From the NCBI GenBank assembly GCA_043739185.1, contig JAYUEN010000298.1, forward strand, positions 1 to 13,401: a stretch of 13,401 nucleotides of DNA. The letters are read 5' to 3'. Below, in pieces: positions 1 to 6,889 of this stretch; position 1 is the stretch's first letter, and each line of letters begins with the position of its first letter. Below the pieces are notes generated by a model. That model had not been told where the DNA came from and did not search any database. It saw only the letters and a program-made list of their open reading frames with translations. The translations under genes were made by a program, and so were the position numbers. Source of the DNA: Bdellovibrionales bacterium (GTDB lineage Bacteria > Bdellovibrionota > Bdellovibrionia > Bdellovibrionales > JAMPXM01).

Positions 1-361
1 TGCGACTTACTTTTGTAACAGCCATCACGATTGCCGAACTAATCGCTCTGATAAACTTTTTATAGGTGAAGCGATTCGATAATTTTATCTGAAAGTGCAG
101 GTGATTGCCGACATTTGCCATCGACAAAACTTTCACCCCGTATTTATTTGAGAACTTCGAAATGATTTTGGCGATGTTCTTGCGATTCTCTTGGCGCGCG
201 AACGACCATTCGCCCACGGCTTGAGTCGAACGCATCGTGAGGTGCATTGTATGTTTGGTGACGAGCGGTCTTGGCCCCTTGCGAGCTTCTCTTTTATTAA
301 GTAAGTCACCGCCATAAGCTTTCGGCTGATCTTTTAGGAATTTGGTTTGTGGGTTTTTCAT
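1..361 (-). CDS. Y1/HUH transposase-like protein (IS200 TnpA/RAYT-like), copy 1, 3' part outside the window
   Basis: Not in the ORF track. Read manually from ATG at 361, it is open for 120 codons to the window edge: MKNPQTKFLKDQPKAYGGDLL...VGNHLHFQIKLSNRFTYKKFIRAISSAIVMAVTKVSR. It is 114/120 aa identical to the 5929-6456 ORF and contains the HUH motif NHLHF. Confidence 0.85.
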   Translation of the reverse strand, partial: MKNPQTKFLKDQPKAYGGDLLNKREARKGPRPLVTKHTMHLTMRSTQAVGEWSFARQENRKNIAKIISKFSNKYGVKVLSMANVGNHLHFQIKLSNRFTYKKFIRAISSAIVMAVTKVSR

Positions 362-370
362 TCTTGGCCT

Positions 371-399
371 AGTTTCGTGAACGAAGGTTAATAGGTCAA
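371..399 (-). promoter_or_regulatory. Putative sigma70 promoter of HUH copy 1
   Basis: Minus strand TTGACC-17 nt-GAAACT, ending 9 nt before the ATG. The same geometry is present in copy 2. Confidence 0.5.
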
Positions 400-634
400 G
401 AAAATCTTAGAAAAATTTTTCGACTTGAGTGGATGGACAGTTATTGAGTCGTTATTTCAAGGTACTTTAGCTAGATCGAGCGGCACACGAATTCAATTCA
501 GAAGCGCAACAATATTTTGTTCGGTTTTGAAGTGGATATTCCCTCGTGCGAAGAGATCTTCTCATTATATCTCGAATTTACTATAGCTGACACAGTCGTT
601 GTGCGTCCTAAAACTCGAACACCAAATCCCAATC

Positions 635-1498
635 CTAATCCAAAGCTAATTTTGCAATCAGTTGGGGAAGCCAAGCTTTGAGTGGAGAAAAGTCATAGCC
701 AAGTTTCTCGGCTTTCATCATGCTCATGGTCCAATCAGAAGTTAGGCCAAAGGGTGAATGAGAAACAACTGAGTCGACTTCAGCAAGCAAGGATTTGCTT
801 CCAACACAAGCCTGAATGAGCTCCATCAGTTCACGTAGTGATATCGAGTCGGGCGAGCCGGCGTTGATTGAGCCTGAAAGCTTTTTATCCTTGAGCCAAG
901 CTAAAAATTGTGCGGCTTCTTCAGATGAAATGAAACCGATTTGAGAATTGATATTGGGAAAATAAATCGGCAAATTGTTCTTCACTCGCGAAACATGCCA
1001 TAGCAGTCTCCCTGAGGGATCATTGGCTCCTAATACAATCGGAAAACGAACCGAAGTGACCGCAAAATTGAGCTGAGTGGTGTATTCCTTTTCGGCCAAG
1101 CGCTTGCCTTCTTGATAGGAATTTTTATTTTGAGGATTCTCTTCGTAAACTTCAGCGGTGAAGTCAGCTTCGCTCATCACAAGGCCGTCGTCATAAACCG
1201 ACTGCGAAGAAGTAAAAATAAGATGACCAATTTTGTCTTTTAAAGCCAAGGCCAGAATTTTTGCATCGTTTGCATCATAACAAATTTGATCATAGGCCAG
1301 ATCCCATTCATGTCCGGCAAAAGCTTTCACCAAGCTCTCCTCGGAATGTCGCTCGATATTGAAATGCTCAACGCGTTCACTGAAATCAAGGGGCGTTTTA
1401 CCGGTGGTGGCTACCGAAACTTGGTGGCCCTCAGCTATTAAATTTTGAACCAAGAGCTTTCCGAAAAAACGGGTGCCACCTAAAATCAGAATTTTCAT
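635..1498 (-). CDS. NAD-dependent epimerase/dehydratase family protein (atypical SDR)
   Basis: 287 aa with an N-terminal Rossmann motif KILILGGTRFFG, TSSQSVY and the YxxxK motif YQEGK. Its start overlaps the radA stop (TAATG). Confidence 0.85.
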   Translation of the reverse strand: MKILILGGTRFFGKLLVQNLIAEGHQVSVATTGKTPLDFSERVEHFNIERHSEESLVKAFAGHEWDLAYDQICYDANDAKILALALKDKIGHLIFTSSQSVYDDGLVMSEADFTAEVYEENPQNKNSYQEGKRLAEKEYTTQLNFAVTSVRFPIVLGANDPSGRLLWHVSRVKNNLPIYFPNINSQIGFISSEEAAQFLAWLKDKKLSGSINAGSPDSISLRELMELIQACVGSKSLLAEVDSVVSHSPFGLTSDWTMSMMKAEKLGYDFSPLKAWLPQLIAKLALD

Positions 1499-2904
1499 TA
1501 TCGCCTTTGGCCTTCAAAGAGCTTTTTTAATTCAAAAACTTCATGAACCCAAAAAACTTTTTCAAGCAAAGATTTAGGAACATCGGCCAAGTGTTTTTTG
1601 TTTGAGGCGGGCATAACGAAATTGGTGAAGCCTAGTTTCTGCGCTTCTCTTAAGCGTTGCTCCGCAAAGGTGACTGCGCGCACTTCTCCGGTAAGTCCGA
1701 TTTCTCCGAAAAAACAGGTTTTCGCATCAATTTCTTGATTGAGCTCAGTTGACATAAGTGCAGCGGTGACAGCAAGGTCAGCCGCCGGTTCGCTCAAGTT
1801 TAAGCCACCTACGACATTGATAAAAACATCTGCGCTCATCAAATTAAATCCCAAATGCTTATTTAAAACTGCAATTAAGAGATGAACGCGTTGAACATCA
1901 ACTCCTAAGGCTGTTCTTCTGGGCATCGGCATTGGTGTACTCGTGGTCAGCGCTTGAACTTCACACAAAATCGGGCGCGTCCCTTCCATGGCGGCGAAAA
2001 CGGCTGAGCCAATGAGTCTGCGGCCACGTTCTTCTAAAAACATTTCTGATGGATTTTGAACTTCTGTTAGGCCCATTTGCTGCATTTGAAAAACGCCGAG
2101 CTCAAAAGTCGCACCAAAGCGATTCTTTTGTGCGCGCAGCAAGCGAAATTGATGTGAGATATCTCCTTCGAATGACAAGACACAGTCGACCATATGTTCA
2201 AGTACTTTGGGGCCAGCAATATTCCCATCCTTGGTCACATGGCCAATGAGAAAGACAATGGTATTCGAGTTTTTTGCGAAGCTCATCAACTGGCTTGCGC
2301 ACTCGCGCACTTGAGATACGCTGCCCGGTGCACTTGCTAGTTCACTGAGATAGATGGTTTGAATTGAATCTACAATTAAAACTTTTGGCTCATGTTTGCG
2401 GGCAAGCTCAAGCAAGGTATCGAGATTGGCTTCGCTCGCCATTTGCACATTCGCATTTTTCACGCCTAAGCGTTGGGCTCTTAATCCTGTTTGACCAACG
2501 GACTCCTCTGCTGAGATGTAAAGCACATTTCCGGATTTCAAATTGCCGGCAATTCCTCCGGCCATTTGAAGTAGCAAAGTGCTTTTTCCGATTCCGGGGT
2601 CTCCACCTAAAAGAATAAAACTTCCGGCAACCAGTCCTCCGCCTAGAACTCGATCTAGCTCCCCAATACCTGTGGAGAGTCTTGAGTAATTGATTGTTTC
2701 AATTTTTTGATCTAGTGAAACAACTTGGTTTGCTTTTGAGTTATCTGTCCAGCCGCGCGCTTTGCCGGGGCCGGTAGCGGGAGCGCTCATTTCCTCTACT
2801 AGAGAATTCCAAGCGCCACACTCAGAACATTTGCCTTCCCATTTTGGACGCTGGGAGCCACAATTTTGACAAACAAAAACCGATCTTACTTTGGATTTCG
2901 CCAT
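1498..2904 (-). CDS. radA: DNA repair protein RadA/Sms
   Basis: C4 zinc finger CQNC...CSEC, Walker A GGDPGIGKST, Walker B LIVDSIQ, KNRFG signature and a C-terminal Lon-like domain (GEIGLTGEVR). Confidence 0.97.
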   Translation of the reverse strand: MAKSKVRSVFVCQNCGSQRPKWEGKCSECGAWNSLVEEMSAPATGPGKARGWTDNSKANQVVSLDQKIETINYSRLSTGIGELDRVLGGGLVAGSFILLGGDPGIGKSTLLLQMAGGIAGNLKSGNVLYISAEESVGQTGLRAQRLGVKNANVQMASEANLDTLLELARKHEPKVLIVDSIQTIYLSELASAPGSVSQVRECASQLMSFAKNSNTIVFLIGHVTKDGNIAGPKVLEHMVDCVLSFEGDISHQFRLLRAQKNRFGATFELGVFQMQQMGLTEVQNPSEMFLEERGRRLIGSAVFAAMEGTRPILCEVQALTTSTPMPMPRRTALGVDVQRVHLLIAVLNKHLGFNLMSADVFINVVGGLNLSEPAADLAVTAALMSTELNQEIDAKTCFFGEIGLTGEVRAVTFAEQRLREAQKLGFTNFVMPASNKKHLADVPKSLLEKVFWVHEVFELKKLFEGQRR

Positions 2905-2965
2905 ACCTTTGAGGTAGCATAGAGTCTAGGCGTATAACAATTAAATTCTCAATCTTTGAAGTGAA

Positions 2966-5830
2966 ATGAATTATTTGAAAATCCAAAAAATGTGCAGCAA
3001 AAAAATTCCTTATTGTATTCTTAGTTTATTGATTCTCCTCAGCGGCATTCAAAGTGCCGCCTCAACGCCAGGCCCATCGCCGACACCCAATCCGCCAGAC
3101 AAAACAAGTCAGAAAGCGAACGATAAATCCGCCATTCGACCGGAAGAGAAGGCTGCAAATAAGACTCCTGAAAAAATAGCTGAAAAGCCACCAGAAAAAG
3201 CGCCAGAAAAAGCTCAAGACAAGGCCCCAGAAAAAGTCGCGGAAAAAGTCGCAGAGAAAGTCGCGGAAAAAGTCGCAGAGAAAGCTCCAGATAAAATAGC
3301 TGAAGCGCCCGATGCGATCAAAAAATTTTTGAAGTTAAAGCAGGCTGGCAAATTAAGTGATGCCTCCGAATATCTTTCGGAAAAAATAAAATCCGAAAAT
3401 GATCCTGAGAAAAAAGCTCTAGAGAATTTTTTAGTGGGTTATTCCTTTTATCAACTATTGAAAGATCGCGAAGCTTTGCTGGCTTTAGGTGAAGTGATCA
3501 AGGCCAAGTCTAAAATCGAAGACTATGCGCTTTTTTACCAGGGTTTATCGCAAAGACGCCTCAAAGATTTTGCATCGGCAAAAAAATCTTTTACACAAGT
3601 TCTCGATAGCCATGCTTCTGATACGACCATGCTTGAAAGCAAATACAATCTCGGCCTGATTGCCCTAGAGGAACAGCGATTCAAAGAAGCCGAAGCGCAA
3701 TTTAGTATCATCGTAAAAAGATGGCGTGGGACAGAGAAATATCCCGAGGTGCTCTGGCAACTTATGCATGCTCAAAAAAGTTTACATCAAAGCATTTGCA
3801 AGGCAGCTAAAGAGATTTATGCAAAATATCCGACCTATCAAGAAGCAAAAGCTTGGGGACATAAGTTGTCGGTAAATTCCTTTGATGGCTCTAATACGGG
3901 ATGCCAGGCCACTCCGAAAGAGGAGCAGACTCGAATCAAATATTTGCAGCTAGGTGGAGAGGTTGAGCGCGCGCTTGAGGAACTCAAGCAAGTGCGTGGC
4001 GATATGATGAGGAATCTAAGTGTGAAGCCGAAGATTCAAATTGCTAAAACAGAAGCTGAAAAGCCGGCCTCCGCTGATAACGGAGACAATTTACCAGCGG
4101 ATGATGAAGATGAAGACGAACCACTGACAGGCCTTTATTCGGTTGATTCGATGATTGCCAATGTTCTCATTGCTCAGGGAAAATCGGACGAAGCTTTTAA
4201 ACTATTACTTGGATACTATGAGCAACAAAGTCATCGCTCGGGCTATCTTCAACTTTTAGCGAAAGCTGCGGGACGTTTGGGTGAATATCAAGCGGCGGCC
4301 AGTGCATTTGACAAAATTTATCGACTTTCGCCACGCTCAAAGAATGGCAAAAATGCGCTTTTTCAAGCTGCATTTTTAAGTTATCAATTTCAAGATTACG
4401 ATGGTGCCAGTCGAAAATTTGAGGAATTTGTAAAAAACTTTTCAGATTCGGCCTTGACCCGCGATTCGCAGTGGCATTTGGCCTGGCTCAAATATTTAAA
4501 AGGCGATTATGTTGGGTCCTATGACGGCTTTCAAAAAATTTCGGTTATGAAATCTGCCCGCTATCAATATGTACGCGTGGGCAAACGAAAAAAACGCCGA
4601 CGAAAGCGCATTGAAATTCCGATGGATAGTGTGACCGTAGATCGCGCCAAGTATTGGATGGCGATGTCGTTGTTTCGACTCGAAAAATACGATCAGTCGC
4701 GCACGCTACTCGAATCTTTGAGCCAAGACTCGTCAATTGGATATTACTCAGTGGCCTCATATTATCGTTTACAAAACTTTCCTCAGGTAAAAACTGGGGT
4801 AGTCGGAGGTCCAACCGCGGCATCCAAAGCACAACTCGCTTCTCTTGCGCTCGGCGGCTCTGCTGGTGCAAGTGCGCCAACTGAACCCGAGGGCAGCGTT
4901 GGTGAAGATATGCAGGCGCAAGAATCCACCACGATTGAATTGCCAGGAGCGGCACAGTCAGGTTCAGCTGATGCGCAAACGGATTCAAATGATGATTCCA
5001 ATGACAAAGTTTTGAGTGGGAATTTTAGGGATCCCGGACTTGCAAAAAGATTTGAGCGCGCACAATTACTTTCGCAGATTGGGTTAAATGATTTGAGTCG
5101 CCTCGAGTTAGGTGAAATTGAAAAACATATTCGCTCGCAACAGGATCGCAAGCAGCTCATGGAGCAATATCAGACTGTGCAATCTTATTTTCGCTCATCT
5201 TACCTCGGAGAAGTTTCGTTTTCAGGCGAGCGCATTCGCTCAGGAATTTCGGGAGCCAGGCCTTTATGGGAGTATGCTTATCCTCGTGCTTACGATAGTT
5301 TTGTAAGTACGAATTCTAAGAGCTTGGGAATTTCCGAATCTCTTATTTGGGGAATTATGCGCTCAGAAAGCCATTATCGCTCGGAAGCGCGTTCACCTGT
5401 TGGAGCTCTTGGGCTCATGCAGTTGATGCCGTTTACTTCAAAAAGAGTCGCCGATCTTTTGGGAATCAAAGACTTTAGGGTCGATACGCTATTGCAGCCA
5501 GAAACCAATATCAAATTGGGAACCCGCTATCTTCAGCGTTTGCACGAAAAGTACCGTTATGTTCCTTTGGTCGCAGCGGCTTATAATGCTGGTCCTCACC
5601 GAGTTGCAAGTTGGCTCAAATCCTTTGGCCTTCTCGACATGGACGAATTTATCGAACATATTCCCTACGTTGAAACCAGAAACTATGTAAAGCGCGTGGT
5701 GCGAAATTATCAAATATATGCGCTCCTTTATTCTGCAAAAAACTCAAGCTCCGGCCATACGCTCAAATGGCTAGCTAAACCAGTTGATGTTAAAATTCCC
5801 GAAGGAAATGCCGGCCTAGAAGTTTGGTAG
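2966..5830 (+). CDS. Soluble lytic murein transglycosylase (Slt70-like) with signal peptide, low-complexity N-terminus and TPR-like repeats
   Basis: C-terminal SLT motifs IMRSES (catalytic Glu), GALGLMQLMP, AAAYNAG and ETRNYVKRV. Hydrophobic N-terminal signal and TPR-like helices (e.g. ALFYQGLS, ALFQAAFLSY). The start could instead be the ATG at 2990. Confidence 0.9.
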   Translation: MNYLKIQKMCSKKIPYCILSLLILLSGIQSAASTPGPSPTPNPPDKTSQKANDKSAIRPEEKAANKTPEKIAEKPPEKAPEKAQDKAPEKVAEKVAEKVAEKVAEKAPDKIAEAPDAIKKFLKLKQAGKLSDASEYLSEKIKSENDPEKKALENFLVGYSFYQLLKDREALLALGEVIKAKSKIEDYALFYQGLSQRRLKDFASAKKSFTQVLDSHASDTTMLESKYNLGLIALEEQRFKEAEAQFSIIVKRWRGTEKYPEVLWQLMHAQKSLHQSICKAAKEIYAKYPTYQEAKAWGHKLSVNSFDGSNTGCQATPKEEQTRIKYLQLGGEVERALEELKQVRGDMMRNLSVKPKIQIAKTEAEKPASADNGDNLPADDEDEDEPLTGLYSVDSMIANVLIAQGKSDEAFKLLLGYYEQQSHRSGYLQLLAKAAGRLGEYQAAASAFDKIYRLSPRSKNGKNALFQAAFLSYQFQDYDGASRKFEEFVKNFSDSALTRDSQWHLAWLKYLKGDYVGSYDGFQKISVMKSARYQYVRVGKRKKRRRKRIEIPMDSVTVDRAKYWMAMSLFRLEKYDQSRTLLESLSQDSSIGYYSVASYYRLQNFPQVKTGVVGGPTAASKAQLASLALGGSAGASAPTEPEGSVGEDMQAQESTTIELPGAAQSGSADAQTDSNDDSNDKVLSGNFRDPGLAKRFERAQLLSQIGLNDLSRLELGEIEKHIRSQQDRKQLMEQYQTVQSYFRSSYLGEVSFSGERIRSGISGARPLWEYAYPRAYDSFVSTNSKSLGISESLIWGIMRSESHYRSEARSPVGALGLMQLMPFTSKRVADLLGIKDFRVDTLLQPETNIKLGTRYLQRLHEKYRYVPLVAAAYNAGPHRVASWLKSFGLLDMDEFIEHIPYVETRNYVKRVVRNYQIYALLYSAKNSSSGHTLKWLAKPVDVKIPEGNAGLEVW
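3149..3304 (+). repeat. Coding tandem repeat: about 13 tetrapeptide units of consensus K-x-(A/P)-(E/D), including an exact 24-bp duplication
   Basis: Lys occurs every 4 residues from aa 62 to 110 (KTPE KIAE KPPE KAPE KAQD KAPE KVAE x4 KAPD KIAE). AAAGTCGCGGAAAAAGTCGCAGAG is repeated exactly at 3233-3256 and 3257-3280. Confidence 0.9.
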
Positions 5831-5895
5831 GGAGCGGAGACTGGCCAGGCGTGGGCCATGACTTCATAAGGGTTCGATTGGTTCGGGTGCGATAA

Positions 5896-5918
5896 AGCTT
5901 CGCGAACTCGACGAAGCT
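5896..5918. other. Stem-loop between the convergent slt and HUH genes (weak terminator or HUH end hairpin)
   Basis: AGCTTCG-CG-AACT-CG-A-CGAAGCT: a 7-bp perfect stem plus 2 bp, located 10 nt past the HUH stop. There is only a short T run on the minus strand. Confidence 0.45.
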
Positions 5919-5928
5919 CAAACTGCCT

Positions 5929-6456
5929 TTAGCCCGAATAATTTTTGACAATATTAATTGAAGTGGCCCGAGCCCAGCCATAGCCTTCAAGTTGATTGAT
6001 CCTAATATAATCCTTCAAATTCAAAAATTCTCGAAAGCTCGCAATGACCCTCGTAAAGGGCCGATAATTCCAAAAATGTTTATTGAGTTTTTTCTTACGA
6101 CTCACTTTAGTAACCGCCATCACGATAGCCGAACTGATCGCTCTGATAAATTTTTTATAAGTGAAGCGATTCGATAATTTAATCTGAAAGTGCAGGTGAT
6201 TGCCGACATTTGCCATCGACAAAACTTTCACCCCGTATTTATTTGAAAACTTCAAAACGATTTGGGCGATTTTCTTGCGATTCTCTTTGCGTGCGAACGA
6301 CCATTCCCCCACAGCTTGAGTCGAGCGCATCGTGAGATGCATTGTATGTTTGGTGACGAGTGGCCTTGGCCCCTTGCGAGCTTCTCTTTTATTGAGCAGG
6401 TCACCGCCGTAGGCTTTTGGCTGATCTTTTAGAAGTTTTGTTTGTGGATTTTTCAT
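5929..6456 (-). CDS. Y1/HUH transposase-like protein (IS200 TnpA/RAYT-like), copy 2, complete
   Basis: 175 aa and very basic. It has a beta1-like MHLTMRS, the HUH motif GNHLHF, FWNYRPFTR (equivalent to the FW..r.f.r segment of Y1 transposases) and the putative catalytic Tyr in DYIRINQ (YI..N). Confidence 0.8.
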   Translation of the reverse strand: MKNPQTKLLKDQPKAYGGDLLNKREARKGPRPLVTKHTMHLTMRSTQAVGEWSFARKENRKKIAQIVLKFSNKYGVKVLSMANVGNHLHFQIKLSNRFTYKKFIRAISSAIVMAVTKVSRKKKLNKHFWNYRPFTRVIASFREFLNLKDYIRINQLEGYGWARATSINIVKNYSG

Positions 6457-6561
6457 TCTTGGAGCAGCTTAGTGAACGAAGGTTAAAAGATCAATATTTT
6501 TTTAGAAAAATTTTTGACTAGAATAGGTCGTCAGATATTGAGCCGATATCTCATAGTATTT
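6096..6561. repeat. Dispersed direct repeat, copy 2 (partner at 1-467)
   Basis: See copy 1. The alignable portion is limited by the window edge. Confidence 0.95.
6466..6494 (-). promoter_or_regulatory. Putative sigma70 promoter of HUH copy 2
   Basis: Minus strand TTGATC-17 nt-TAAGCT, ending 9 nt before the ATG at 6456. No Shine-Dalgarno sequence. Confidence 0.55.
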
Positions 6562-6889
6562 CGCCACGTTGAAACTCAAAACAGGGAGTCGGATTCTAGT
6601 CCGAAGTCCAACCAACATGCACAATAGTCGCAAAATGAGTGTTCCAAGTGTCTGGCGCTTAAGATTTGAAATGGCACACCCCAAAGAGAGCATTTAAGGA
6701 GTCCGGCAGCAGAAAATTCGTACGACGACATTTTATGTGGCCCCTTACTTTGAAAGCAGCCCCTAAAGTCCCAAAACTCAGAGCTATTTTCAATACCCAA
6801 CCTTGACTTGCCGAAGCCAATCGAAGAAAAGAATCCTTCGTGTGCACTACGAAATTTCGAGGTGCCCAAATTTCCAGCAAGGGGAGTTA

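Larger units (their letters stand above)
1..467. repeat. Dispersed direct repeat, copy 1 (partner at about 6096-6561): HUH gene plus about 100 bp of upstream DNA
   Basis: Manual alignment at offset 6095 gives 32 mismatches over 1-361. Similarity continues upstream (GTGAACGAAGGTTAA, TTAGAAAAATTTTT, TATTGAG) to about 467. Confidence 0.95.

Noticed and set aside
133..315. 60-aa minus-strand ORF from the track
   Set aside because: It is an alternative frame within HUH copy 1. The real frame starts at 361 and shows synonymous-biased divergence from copy 2.
605..616. GTCCTAAAACTC resembles GTCCCAAAACTC at 6768-6779, both upstream of HUH copies
   Set aside because: An 11/12 match at different distances from the genes with no flanking similarity is compatible with chance.
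3230..3284. Tandem repeat considered as CRISPR-like or a phase-variation tract
   Set aside because: There are no spacers, and the unit length is a multiple of 3 within coding sequence, so no frameshift switching.
4545..5160. 147-aa and 125-aa antisense ORFs inside slt, and other short shadow ORFs within radA, opp genes and ychF
   Set aside because: They overlap well-supported genes and have no recognisable motifs.
5827..5858. GTAGGGAGCGG... resembles the start of a GTAG-family REP
   Set aside because: No palindrome follows the tetranucleotide, there is no second copy in the window, and it overlaps the slt stop codon.
6534..6551. Hairpin GATATTG-AGC-CGATATC in the copy-2 upstream region as a conserved end structure
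   Set aside because: The aligned copy-1 sequence breaks the pairing with T-T mismatches and no compensatory changes.
6502..6880. Three overlapping short minus-strand ORFs upstream of HUH copy 2
   Set aside because: They overlap each other, have no protein motifs, and the part shared with copy 1 shows no codon-position pattern of divergence.
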